Shown one piece after another: positions 11,301-19,437 of a stretch of DNA of 64,000 nucleotides. A program made the position numbers and the translations under genes. The stretch comes from Candidatus Staskawiczbacteria bacterium (GTDB lineage Bacteria > Patescibacteriota > Minisyncoccia > Minisyncoccales > Staskawiczbacteraceae), in assembly GCA_903928565.1 (NCBI GenBank), contig CAIYRH010000018.1:10693-74692 (forward strand). The letters are read 5' to 3'. Position 1 is the first letter of the stretch. Every line of letters begins with the position of its first letter. A model generated the notes under the pieces. The model was given only the letters and a program-made list of their open reading frames with translations. It made no database searches and had not been told where the DNA came from.

Positions 11301-12268
11301 GGGATTGTAGTAAAAGCCACAACATCTGTTAGTGGAGTTGTTTCATCTTGAGCTGAAACTGTTACTAATTGCCCATTGTCTGTTTCGGTTTTTTCAATAA
11401 CGGGGGCGGGAGCCACATATTCCACCGCGATACAATTATCTGTTGCGTCACCCTGACAAGGTTGCTGATCTGGCTGAATATTTGAAGGATTTTCGGCAGG
11501 TTGTGTCTGGCTTTGATCTGGTGTAACGTCTGGCGGCGGGGTATTGTCTACTGGAGGTAAGTTAGTTTGATCTGTTGGTGGAGTTGTGTCGGTTGGCGAA
11601 GTTGTTTCTGTTGGCGGCGGTGTTTCGGTTATCGCTGGAGTCGAGGCAGTGGGCTCGCCCGCCACATTGTCCGCAGAATTTTGGGCGGGTTCGGCCGGTG
11701 CTGGATTAGAAACATCAACAAGTTGCGAGTTGCTGTCTGGCACAATGGCAGAAACCACGTTTTCTACCGCTTGCTGCTCATCGGCCAAAAAAAGACTCAT
11801 ACCGTCAGCCAAACTTCCTAAAAAATTTCTAGAAGAAACATTTTTGGCTACAGCGTTTTTAGCCGGTTTATTTTTTATGGATTTAATTATATTTAATCTT
11901 TGCTCTTCGGTAATTACAAATTGACCATTATTTTTCAAACTTTTAATTTCTTCTGGTGTTATTTTTTTTACCGTTACATTCGTGGCACTCTTAGGAACTT
12001 TTACTAAACGTTTTCCATTTTTTATTTCATTGGCATCTACTAAAGTAATCATTCTCACTGGTAGGCCGGCTACAACCTGAGAAGTAGAGGCTGTTCTAGT
12101 ATTTTTGAAAACAAAAACTTCTTCTCTATAATGGCTCAATTCAAACCAAATTCCCCAGACAAGAAACAAAAAAACTGCACAAGCTAAAACAGCCAAAATA
12201 TTCTTTTTGTTTTTCGAAAAGAATGCCACAAAAAACTCACAAAATTGATTGAAAGTTTTGCTTTGCAT
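5387..12268 (-). CDS. Giant adhesin-like surface protein (2293 aa) with beta-helix / autotransporter-associated beta-strand repeats
   Basis: N-terminal TM, Pro/Thr linker, 11 ~80-aa repeats, PATR-like motifs KNGDGTLTLSGANNFSGG and KAGAGALTLSGTNIFSGGTTLNAGTL. Confidence 0.85.
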   Translation of the reverse strand: MQSKTFNQFCEFFVAFFSKNKKNILAVLACAVFLFLVWGIWFELSHYREEVFVFKNTRTASTSQVVAGLPVRMITLVDANEIKNGKRLVKVPKSATNVTVKKITPEEIKSLKNNGQFVITEEQRLNIIKSIKNKPAKNAVAKNVSSRNFLGSLADGMSLFLADEQQAVENVVSAIVPDSNSQLVDVSNPAPAEPAQNSADNVAGEPTASTPAITETPPPTETTSPTDTTPPTDQTNLPPVDNTPPPDVTPDQSQTQPAENPSNIQPDQQPCQGDATDNCIAVEYVAPAPVIEKTETDNGQLVTVSAQDETTPLTDVVAFTTIPEIYKVGDEKKIKIKWKSNDGQEVKFTAKDLDGNGLIDYLEWTVPHLSEQTFEIIFISKAFQLDASQNIISDIYDKVRAQDGNWAQLTDGQYIRATFDQALQNFNDNTIYARPRDPSSPVKIEVYPVYTDENGNMTDGPLVATFENIDHEDTYKIPLTNLQNSTDTFDLKIFGNVDVDFVVDPNNYWTNTDNNNSYNDANNWSLGHVPTSSDTAVFDTTSTADCNINVDVSVAALQLNSGYSGTVTQTSTYIVTSAGAVAISAGKLTLINSNTLSGGVTLNAGGTLNINSALALGAGTLTINGGTIDNTSAGSVTINNAETWNASFAFTGTQALNLGTGAVTLGANTTVTISNSQTLTIGGTINGAYTLTISDTGGIVTFGGNIGGSTPIRTLAVTATTINLNTTAITLASTYGITFTGAVVLGANVAITTSGTNTVNFTSTINGAYNLTVGAGTGTVTFGGIIGGSTPIRNFYITASTAINLNTTAITFASGYSPSFTGPVVLGANISITTSGTNTVGFSGSSSTTINGAYTLTINAGASGSVNFSGVIGGTTPIRTLSVTATSGINLSASAITIAANYGATFTGPVALGTDVTINCSGTAHTINFTSTINSSANLTINGGASTTVTFGGIIGGSTPLHNLSVTAGTAINLNTTAITLYSGYSATFTGPVVLGANLAISTAGVNTVNFAGTINGAYNLTAGSSTLTLGGAIGGTTPLHTLSFSGSTAINLNTSAITLASGYNLSFNAAVTLGSPTTTITTSGTNSVTFMSPVNGANNLTINAGASGTVYFYGTIGNLTPIRTLSVTAGTAISLSTSAITLASGYGATFTGPVTLNSATVTITPAGTSTINFTSSVSGANNLTIAGVAGTTVTFGGSIGSPTPIHTLAVTAGTAINLNGAGITLAANYGATFTGPVVLGATVSIGCSGTSHTINFTSTINGAQGLYINGGTNTTATFGGIIGGSTPIQTLSVTAGTAININTTGITLASGYSPTFLGPVVLGVNTSITTSGSNTVNFSGSTATINGAYTLTINSGSFGTVTFGGIIGGSTPIRTLSVTASTAINLSKNVTIAANYGATFTGPVVLGANVQINCSGTAHTINFTSSISGAYTFTISGVAGTTVAFGGIIGSPTPIQTLSVTAGTAINLNTSLITIAANYGATFTGPVVLGSPVTVNCSGTAHTINFAQTINGAQTLTVSGGANTTVTFGGVVGGTTPLSTINITAATINSNANMAFTGGTWSGAVALGTTCVWTINTGTLAIGGIISGSTFGIQKNGDGTLTLSGANNFSGGFQMNTGILNINNASALGSALAWINGGTINNTSGNPITVTNDINWGGNFAFTGTKDINFSGAWWQSDYHYITVNGGNLTISGTINDDTNYIGIGKYGTGALTLSGDNNTDDNPAIAFGGVSVYAGTLNIANAGALGGPYGILYLYGGTIDNTSGSPLTVTGTSCSFYGNFAFAGTNDLSFDTVSSSMLYASSQITTNTAGKTLTFEGGISGSNSYVMTKAGAGALTLSGTNIFSGGTTLNAGTLTVNNSSGLGTGQFLQSGGTFVGTGDINIGGNFSLSGGTFNSTSGNLSVAGNWSHTTGTFNHNNGTVTFNGTNQSIAGSTNFKNFSKIDTTNNSTDVILTFDHTGTQTIAGLLTLQGIDNNDRVNLVSDSPGTRWGLVANGTFAINYADVTDSDASGGTTVVQTNSIDGGHNLNWLFNVAPYISGSVSTYDATTLSSTDITLIGNSTKNVVCSATAYDGNGYSDLTGVTAVLYRSGVGAGAGDDRSNHYTLTSQCVASGGSGNTQVYTCTFSVYYYADATDAGTYSGENWLCKITPADHVGAGTSTVSSGIEMDTLKYIDVSSLNYGSLTPGQNTTSDHKATVTNEGNVATGFKVSGVESALTCSSRGTIAIGYEQYHLTSFVYGGGAALAQVETDTGASINKPTQSTPLPTQDTYWQMYVPNGVKGTCTGSTTFGVN
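7620..10200 (-). repeat. 11 coding tandem repeats of ~240 nt within the giant protein
   Basis: Recurring TFGGxIGxxTPI/LxTLSVTA..INL..ITLAxxY..TFTGPVVLG unit; boundaries approximate. Confidence 0.85.
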
Positions 12269-12347
12269 TATATAACTTTATCATTTCCAATAAATTTTAC
12301 AATATACTTTATGCACAAAAAAACGGCCTGCTTATGGTCGTTCTTTT

Positions 12348-12480
12348 GTCGCCCTGAATTCCTTAAAAAATTCTAGTAATATTTTAGGTGGGCATCCTCA
12401 CGTTGTGGCCACGGCCACAACAAATATTAGATTCCCTAATGAAAAATTGTATAGAATTTATTGTGAAATATCAGAGCTAC
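12348..12480 (-). ncRNA. Candidate structured small RNA or leader (long irregular hairpin)
   Basis: TTGACA-16-TAAAAT upstream, nested complementary segments, hairpin plus T-tract downstream (about 12317-12345). Confidence 0.4.
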
Positions 12481-12513
12481 TTCTATTTTAACTTATTAGG
12501 CGTCAGTGTCAAA

Positions 12514-13578
12514 TTAAAATCCCAGGGCTCCTACAAGTTGTTTTATTAATGAAACAACAACTGGAGGTGGCATTAAACTGTTAGATAAATTTCCTTCGTC
12601 GTCTTTAACTTCCCAAGGTTTTTCATGAGTTAAAACAACGCCATCTTTTAATTCATAACTAAATTCTGGAGTAATTTCATAATCATCGGCAGTTTCGTTA
12701 GTCTTTGCAACAGGAATCGTGTTTCTCAATAAAACTTTTGGAATTCCCTGCAATTTATAAGCTTCTTTTATTAACATTTCGTCTTTGTCTAATCTTTCTT
12801 TTATTGGAGCAATTCCATTTTCGTCACCTTCTTTGGCAACCATTCTGGCTCCTGGACAACCGGAATTATCACAAATCAAATGAAATGTTTTATCTTTTTC
12901 ATCGTATTCAACTTTCTTGGTTGGCAAAAGTTTCAAACTTCTTGAATTATTACACAAAGGGCAGATAACTCTTGTTTTAACCCTTTCATCAATTACTGTT
13001 GTTGGGACATCAATTAAAACAAAAACGTCGGCATCTTCTCTGTATCCAATTAAATCTCTAAAAAATAATGCGTAGGAAATTTGGTCTAAGTCGCGCGGGA
13101 AACCGTCTATAAAAATTGTTTTCTTACCAAGCTTTGAAATTTCTCTCTTAGCCAAAGTTAAAATCAATTCTGTTGGCAATAAAACTTTTGTTGAACGGGT
13201 TTCTAGGGCCTTCATTATTTCCGACAACGGCAAAAAACCTCTATAATTTTTTTCTAAAAAATCAACCAGCTCTTTCTTTTTTTCTTCATCTTTCATTGTT
13301 TCGTCGAAACTTCTTATCATGTCTCCAATTGAAAAATGAGCAATTTTATCTTTATCAATTACTTCAGCCAACATTTTAGCATAGGTGCCTTTCCCAGAAG
13401 ACTTTTTACCCATCATATATGCAATAAAAGAATTTTTTTGCATATAATCTTTAAGTTTCTTTATTTCCGGCCCGGCTTTGTATTCAAAATACGCCTTTCT
13501 GCCTTCAAAGTCTGTTAAATCGAATTTTTTGTCCTCACTTGTTTTTGTTACAAATAATGGAAAATCTAAATCTTTCAT
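12514..13578 (-). CDS. Adenylate/nucleoside monophosphate kinase family protein
   Basis: P-loop GKKSSGKGT, HFSIGDMIR, FIDGFPRD, Cys-containing lid (CPLC..C..C). Confidence 0.8.
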   Translation of the reverse strand: MKDLDFPLFVTKTSEDKKFDLTDFEGRKAYFEYKAGPEIKKLKDYMQKNSFIAYMMGKKSSGKGTYAKMLAEVIDKDKIAHFSIGDMIRSFDETMKDEEKKKELVDFLEKNYRGFLPLSEIMKALETRSTKVLLPTELILTLAKREISKLGKKTIFIDGFPRDLDQISYALFFRDLIGYREDADVFVLIDVPTTVIDERVKTRVICPLCNNSRSLKLLPTKKVEYDEKDKTFHLICDNSGCPGARMVAKEGDENGIAPIKERLDKDEMLIKEAYKLQGIPKVLLRNTIPVAKTNETADDYEITPEFSYELKDGVVLTHEKPWEVKDDEGNLSNSLMPPPVVVSLIKQLVGALGF

Positions 13579-13582
13579 TTGT

Positions 13583-14443
13583 TTATTCTTTAATTATATT
13601 TTCACCGTCAGAAACAAATACAACGTCGCCGTTTTTATCTGTTCTGAATATATTTATACCAAAATTTGCCAATCTATTCAATGCCTCAGGCGTTGGGTGC
13701 CCATAAGAATTCTTTCCAACATCCACAACGGCAAACGCGGGTTTAACATTTTCTAAAAATAAATCTGAGGTTGAATATTTACTTCCGTGGTGAGCAACTT
13801 TCAAAACTGTAGCTAAAATATTCTCTCCGCTGTTTACTAATTGCTTTTCAGCTTTTGTGTCTATGTCGCCGGTAAATAGAAATGAATCTTTTCCATAAAT
13901 TATTTTTGCCACAACGCACGAATCGTTAGAACTACTTTTCATTTCTTGCCCCTCCATGCTTTTTAAGGGATACATTGTATTTATTAAAACATTTCCGGCC
14001 TTAATTTCTTGGCCGGCCTGGGCAATTAAAATTTTAGCACCCATTTTCTTTTGTTCATCTAAAACTTTAAGCCACATAGTATATTCGGGAGCCGATTTCT
14101 TAATACCGCTCCACAAAATATAGCCTACTTTGTATTTTTGCAGGGCAAATAGAAGGCCTTGCATGTGATCGGATTCTGGGTGAGTTAAAATTACCAAATC
14201 AATTGTTTTGTCCCACACAGGCATATTCACAGACAGTTTAGCCAAAAGTGCAGAACTTGGCCCGCCATCAATTAAAATTTGGTGGCCTTCTGGGGTTTCA
14301 ATAAAAGCCGAATCTCCTTGCCCAACATTTAAAAAGTCGACCTTCAAATTATGCGGAAAATATAACGCAAAAACATTTTGCCACGCATAAATATTTAGAA
14401 TTATTAAAATTCCGGCAGTAAATATTTTTGTTTTCTTCTGCAT
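13583..14443 (-). CDS. ComEC/Rec2-type metallo-beta-lactamase-fold protein
   Basis: NVGQGDS, LIDGG, THPESDH, FTGD, KVAHHGSKYS, YGHP, RTD motifs. Confidence 0.9.
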   Translation of the reverse strand: MQKKTKIFTAGILIILNIYAWQNVFALYFPHNLKVDFLNVGQGDSAFIETPEGHQILIDGGPSSALLAKLSVNMPVWDKTIDLVILTHPESDHMQGLLFALQKYKVGYILWSGIKKSAPEYTMWLKVLDEQKKMGAKILIAQAGQEIKAGNVLINTMYPLKSMEGQEMKSSSNDSCVVAKIIYGKDSFLFTGDIDTKAEKQLVNSGENILATVLKVAHHGSKYSTSDLFLENVKPAFAVVDVGKNSYGHPTPEALNRLANFGINIFRTDKNGDVVFVSDGENIIKE

Positions 14444-14477
14444 ACAAATAAAAAACCCCGCTAAGCGGGGTAATTTA

Positions 14478-14645
14478 CTATTTCTTTGCCATTCCTAATA
14501 TCTTGAACATTCCTGTTCCACATGTTGGGCAAGTACCTTTCATAGCGGCTCTTTTTTTACCGCCCTTGCCGTTCATGGAAACTTCTTTGGGGTCTTTCAT
14601 GTCTCTTTTTGCTTTACATTTTACGCAATAAGCTTCTGTTGCCAT
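14478..14645 (-). CDS. Small zinc-ribbon protein (DUF5679-like), 55 aa
   Basis: Manual translation MATEAYCVKCKAKRDM...KGTCPTCGTGMFKILGMAKK; below the ORF-track cutoff; terminator follows. Confidence 0.8.
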   Translation of the reverse strand: MATEAYCVKCKAKRDMKDPKEVSMNGKGGKKRAAMKGTCPTCGTGMFKILGMAKK

Positions 14646-14678
14646 AATTTTTGTTGATTTAATTATTATTAGATTAAT

Positions 14679-15479
14679 TTACCCGGCTGTCCACCCGCCG
14701 TCAACTACCATAACGCTTCCGGTCATATAAGATGATTCATCTGACGCCAAAAATAAGACTGCGCCGGCAATTTCTTCTGCAGTACCACTTCTTTTCATTG
14801 GTATTGGAGCCAGCATTGCCTCCCTTGTTTTTTCGTCCATTACCATTGTATGCGTGCCTGGGGTGTCTATTGAGCCAGGGTCAATTACGTTAATTCTAAT
14901 TCCCAGTGGAGCTAATTCTAAAGCCATTGCTCTTGTCATTCCCACCATTCCGCCCTTTGAGGCACAATAATGTGTTAGGCCAGCAAAGCCCATCAAGGCC
15001 GCCACCGAAGCAATATTTATAATAGAACCCCTTTGCCCTTTTTCATTTGGCTGGTTATTTTTCATTTTTAATGCGCAAGCCTGAGCAAACATAAAACTTC
15101 CTTTCAAATTAACATCAATAACTTTTGCAAACTGTTCTTCTTTCATTTCTAAAAATGGTTGAAAGGGATAAATGCCGGCATTATTTACTAAAATATCTAT
15201 TTTACCAAATTTTTTAATAGCTTCGGAAACCGCATTATCAATTTCTGATTTCTTACTAATATCACATTTTATAATAATAGACTCTCCACGCATTTTTTTA
15301 ATTTTTTCTGCAACCTGCTGGCAAGAAGCTGCGTCAACGTCGCACAATACAACCTTGGCACCTGCTTGTGCTAATTTTATTGAATCGGCTTCGCCCATGC
15401 CCTTACCGGCACCCGTTACTATAGCAACTTTTCCTTTTAGATCACAAAACTTTGGCGAGGTTCTATTTAGTCCAAACAT
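14679..15479 (-). CDS. Short-chain dehydrogenase/reductase (FabG-like SDR)
   Basis: TGAGKGMG, NNAG, YCASK, VDGG motifs. Confidence 0.9.
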   Translation of the reverse strand: MFGLNRTSPKFCDLKGKVAIVTGAGKGMGEADSIKLAQAGAKVVLCDVDAASCQQVAEKIKKMRGESIIIKCDISKKSEIDNAVSEAIKKFGKIDILVNNAGIYPFQPFLEMKEEQFAKVIDVNLKGSFMFAQACALKMKNNQPNEKGQRGSIINIASVAALMGFAGLTHYCASKGGMVGMTRAMALELAPLGIRINVIDPGSIDTPGTHTMVMDEKTREAMLAPIPMKRSGTAEEIAGAVLFLASDESSYMTGSVMVVDGGWTAG

Positions 15480-15521
15480 ATTTTTATTAAATTAATTATT
15501 AATATTAAATAATTATACCTC

Positions 15522-16055
15522 TTATTCTTTGCAACAATCAATTACTGACTGCACAACTTTTCCCAATTTTGCCAAAATTCCTTTTTTGTCTGTATCTGTT
15601 TTGGTAATTTGGTGGTCTTCAAGTTTTTTTACTTCGCCCATGTCTATAAGCTTTAAATTTAAACCCCAAAATAGGGAATACAATTGATAAGATTTCTTAA
15701 ATAAATCCTCGGCGTCTTTTTTATTATTACGCGCGTGAGCTTTTGTGCCAACTTCCATTAAACGCATTGAAGCGGCTAATAAGTGTTTTGAAATGCACCA
15801 AATTTCACCCTCGGGGTCTTTAACAATTCTTTTTAAAAGTTCGCCCCGCATTTTGCGCGCCTCTTGTAGCAAATCAAAATATTCTGGCTTGCCGGTTTTA
15901 TTTGCAGTAAAGAAAAAGTGCTCTTCAATGGAGATTAAATTCATTATTGCAATAGACAAGTCTTCATCTGAAGATAAGTCTAGCTGATTATCTTTGTCTT
16001 CTTGAACTTTTTTTATAAACTCTTCAATTTTTTTGTCGTCTAAATTGTTTTCCAT
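15522..16055 (-). CDS. Hypothetical helical protein ending DCCKE
   Basis: 177-aa ORF overlapping the upstream gene in the copper operon. Confidence 0.7.
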   Translation of the reverse strand: MENNLDDKKIEEFIKKVQEDKDNQLDLSSDEDLSIAIMNLISIEEHFFFTANKTGKPEYFDLLQEARKMRGELLKRIVKDPEGEIWCISKHLLAASMRLMEVGTKAHARNNKKDAEDLFKKSYQLYSLFWGLNLKLIDMGEVKKLEDHQITKTDTDKKGILAKLGKVVQSVIDCCKE

Positions 16056-16546
16056 AAAATTAAACTTGTTATTAATAAAAATAAAACCGGCACCGCCACT
16101 CTTTGATACGGAAAATACACTTTTCCGCCATTTTGCTTTTTTAAATATAAATTAAACCAACTGCCCAAATATAAAACTATAAAACCAATAGTAGACCCCA
16201 CAATTATTTTATCTAATCCCCAAATTTGGTTTAAAGGGTGCCCAACAATTCCAGCATAATATAGCGGAATAAATGTTAGCAAAATATAGGCCAAAGTAAT
16301 TACAATGCCGTCGTCAGTAAAATTCCAATTTCTTTTTTTCATAAATTCCAGCGTCCAGGAAATCATTGCAATTAAAAATGCACCAATCCAAACAGAAGAA
16401 ACAACGTCATCAATGCCAAACCAGCGCGACAAACCAAGCCCCGCACCAATTGCCACAACGCAAACCGGGCAAACTTGCGCACTCACAAAACCCGCCACAA
16501 AAATGCCTAAAAATAATAATGCAAAAAATAAATATTTAAATTTCAT
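16040..16546 (-). CDS. Membrane protein with CPVC motif
   Basis: Multiple TM segments; VCPVC after a signal-like N-terminus. Confidence 0.75.
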   Translation of the reverse strand: MKFKYLFFALLFLGIFVAGFVSAQVCPVCVVAIGAGLGLSRWFGIDDVVSSVWIGAFLIAMISWTLEFMKKRNWNFTDDGIVITLAYILLTFIPLYYAGIVGHPLNQIWGLDKIIVGSTIGFIVLYLGSWFNLYLKKQNGGKVYFPYQRVAVPVLFLLITSLILWKTI

Positions 16547-16547
16547 A

Positions 16548-16940
16548 CTACTTGATACCGGCTGCGGTTTTTAAGAAATTAGGAACGTCTACTTCCCCTA
16601 TGTAACATTTGCCATTACCGTCGTATAAAAATGGAACACCCACCGAGTCTCCTTTTATATTACACATTTTTACAACCTGTGCCAAAGTGGCCTGGTTATT
16701 CTTATTATACCAAACTTCCAGCCTGCTAATTTTAACTTTGTCTTCAATTTTATTTTCAGTGATAAATTTTTCAACATCTTCGCAATGCGGGCACCCTTGC
16801 CCGTAAAACAAAACTATTCCTGCAGGTAATGGAGTAGCGGTTACTGTTGAATGCCCAGCAAATAATCCGCCCTGAAATGCCCAAAATAAAAACCCAGCTA
16901 AAACTACTATTAAAATTGTATAAATTATTGTTTTATCCAT
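16548..16940 (-). CDS. Membrane-anchored glutaredoxin/thioredoxin-fold protein
   Basis: N-terminal TM, FYGQGCPHC, GVPF cis-Pro loop. Confidence 0.8.
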   Translation of the reverse strand: MDKTIIYTILIVVLAGFLFWAFQGGLFAGHSTVTATPLPAGIVLFYGQGCPHCEDVEKFITENKIEDKVKISRLEVWYNKNNQATLAQVVKMCNIKGDSVGVPFLYDGNGKCYIGEVDVPNFLKTAAGIK

Positions 16941-16984
16941 ATTTTATTATTTTACCCCCTTACAAAAAAATATTCAACTTAATT

Positions 16985-19213
16985 TTACTTATATGCCTTC
17001 ATGCTCAAGGAATTTAGCACCACGCTTACTGAAGAAAATGCCATGGCCCCCGCGGCAATTGAAGGGCTTAACAGCCAACCAGTAAATGGGAACAAAACGC
17101 CCGCCGCCACAGGAATTCCAACTATATTATAAAAGAAAGCCCAAAAAAGTCCCTGTTTTATTTTTCTTAAAGTGTAAACACTCAAATGAATTGCCTTAAC
17201 AACATCGCGCAAATCATTTTTAATTAAAACAATTTCTCCGGTTTCCATTGCAACATCGGTGCCACTACCCAAAGCAATTCCCAAATTTGCTTGAGCTAAG
17301 GCGGGCGCATCGTTTATGCCATCACCCACCATAGCCACGACTCTTCGAGTCGTGGAATTTCGAATTTCGAAATTCGAATTTCGAATTTGCTCGCCAGATT
17401 GCAATTTTTTAATAATCTGTGCTTTATCTTGCGGGAGGATCTCTGCAAATACATAATCTATACCAAGCTGGCGAGCTATGGCTTGGCCCACTCTTTTATT
17501 GTCTCCTGTAATTATTGCAACTTCTTTTCCCATTTTATGCAGGGTTTCAATGGCCTCTTTTGAATGTTCTTTTAAAACATCTGCCACTGCAATAATTCCA
17601 ATGATTTTTCCGCCCTGCGCTAAAATCATAGCCGTTTTGCCCTGATCTTCAAGCGTTGTCATTTTGTCTTCTATTAAATCAACCGGAATTTTATTATCGT
17701 TCATTAACATTCTTGTTCCTAATAAAATTTGCTTTCCCTCCAATAGAGCCTTAACGCCCCTGCCCGGAATTGCTTCAAACGCTTCAACTACGCTTAGCAC
17801 AAGCCCTTCTTTTTTTGCTTTGTTTACAATTGCTTGAGCCAAGGGGTGTTCTGAATTTTTTTCTACACTTGCTGCAATCTGCAAAATTTCGTTTTGAATT
17901 TCGGATTTCGTACTTCGAGTTTCCGTGATTGAAATTATGTCAGTCACGGTTGGTTCGCCCCTAGTAAGGGTGCCTGTTTTATCAAAAACAACCATATTAA
18001 CATCTTTTGCCATTTGCAGGGCTTTACTGGACTTTATTAAAATTCCATTTTTAGCGGCCAAGCCCGTGCCCATCATAACGGCGGTTGGCGTTGCTAACCC
18101 CAAGGCACACGGGCAAGCTATTATAAGCACCGCAACAAACACCGAAAGAGCTACAGAAATTTGGTGCACTATTAAAAACCAAGCCAACCCCGAAATTAAA
18201 GCAATTCCAATTACAACCGGCACAAAATAAAATGAAACTTTATCTGCCAAAAGCTGAATTGGTGCTTTGCTTCCCATGGCCTCTTCAACAATTTTAATTA
18301 TTTGGCTAATCATTGTGTCTTTGCCAACGCGAGTTGCCCGAAATTGCAAAACGCCAGTTTTATTTATGGTGGCACCAATAACTTCGTCACCTTTTTTCTT
18401 TTCAACCGGCATTGATTCGCCGGTAATTGCCTGTTCGTCAACACCCGAATAACCGCTTACAACAACACCATCAACCGGAATTTTTTGCCCTGGTTTTACT
18501 AAAATAATATCGCCAACCATAACTGCCGAGATTTGTATTTCCACTTCTTCGTTTCGGATTTCAGATTTCGAAATTCGAATTTCCCGCAACACTGTTGCGG
18601 TCTTTGGTGCCAAGCCAATTAATTTTTTTATGGCAGAAGAAGTTTTACCTTTTGTAACTGCCTCTAAATATTTCCCTAAAGAAATAAATATTAAAATAAA
18701 GATTGCACTTTCAAAATAAACCTCACCACCTAAAAACATTTCTACGATACTATATATAAATGCCACGGCAGTACCAATAAAAATTAGCGAATCCATATTG
18801 GGCGCTAATTTTACAAGTTTTTTAAACCCCGAAGTCCAAATATCGAAACAAATTAGAATAACCGCCAAGGCCAAAATTGCTTGCACATATTTGGGAATAA
18901 AATCCATTTTTCCTGCCACCATTGCAATAATTATGGGCAAGCCAAAAATAAGAGATAAAATAAATCTAGTTTTTAGTCTTTTAGATTCGTCTTTAACCAC
19001 GCCCTCAACAACTTTATATCCCGCACTTTTAATAGCATTTTTTATGTTGTCTTCTTTAATAATTGTTTCGTCAAAATCAATGTAAGCTTTTTCAGAAGCC
19101 AAATTAACGGTGGCTGAATTAATGCCCTTTTCTTTTTTTAGACTATATTCAATAACCGAAGCGCAAGAAGCGCAAGTCATTCCACCAATATTTAAGACAA
19201 TTTTTTTATCCAT
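16985..19213 (-). CDS. copA: Cu(I)-translocating P1B-type ATPase
   Basis: [36 protein letters not shown] and MAFSS. Confidence 0.93.
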   Translation of the reverse strand: MDKKIVLNIGGMTCASCASVIEYSLKKEKGINSATVNLASEKAYIDFDETIIKEDNIKNAIKSAGYKVVEGVVKDESKRLKTRFILSLIFGLPIIIAMVAGKMDFIPKYVQAILALAVILICFDIWTSGFKKLVKLAPNMDSLIFIGTAVAFIYSIVEMFLGGEVYFESAIFILIFISLGKYLEAVTKGKTSSAIKKLIGLAPKTATVLREIRISKSEIRNEEVEIQISAVMVGDIILVKPGQKIPVDGVVVSGYSGVDEQAITGESMPVEKKKGDEVIGATINKTGVLQFRATRVGKDTMISQIIKIVEEAMGSKAPIQLLADKVSFYFVPVVIGIALISGLAWFLIVHQISVALSVFVAVLIIACPCALGLATPTAVMMGTGLAAKNGILIKSSKALQMAKDVNMVVFDKTGTLTRGEPTVTDIISITETRSTKSEIQNEILQIAASVEKNSEHPLAQAIVNKAKKEGLVLSVVEAFEAIPGRGVKALLEGKQILLGTRMLMNDNKIPVDLIEDKMTTLEDQGKTAMILAQGGKIIGIIAVADVLKEHSKEAIETLHKMGKEVAIITGDNKRVGQAIARQLGIDYVFAEILPQDKAQIIKKLQSGEQIRNSNFEIRNSTTRRVVAMVGDGINDAPALAQANLGIALGSGTDVAMETGEIVLIKNDLRDVVKAIHLSVYTLRKIKQGLFWAFFYNIVGIPVAAGVLFPFTGWLLSPSIAAGAMAFSSVSVVLNSLSMKAYK

Positions 19214-19214
19214 C

Positions 19215-19433
19215 TTATTTTTTTACTTTCTTTCCGGCAGGCGAGTTTAACTCTTTTAAAATTTTAGCCAATTTTAAATCATAGGCTTTGCACACTTCTC
19301 CTATTTTTAAATCGTTTACTTCAAATTCGGCCATTGGGCAAGACAAACACGGCACGCCATTTTTTGCCAAAACTTCTTCACCGCCCTTCTTCTCAATTAT
19401 TTTTGCTAAAGTTGTATCTTTTGTAATTTTCAT
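19215..19433 (-). CDS. DUF1858-like small CxxC protein
   Basis: [11 protein letters not shown]...GVPCLSCP pattern. Confidence 0.7.
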   Translation of the reverse strand: MKITKDTTLAKIIEKKGGEEVLAKNGVPCLSCPMAEFEVNDLKIGEVCKAYDLKLAKILKELNSPAGKKVKK

Positions 19434-19437
19434 AAAA

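Noticed and set aside
5734-11924. Many plus-strand ORFs inside the giant gene and other antisense ORFs
   Set aside because: Shadows of the real minus-strand genes, with no recognisable motifs.
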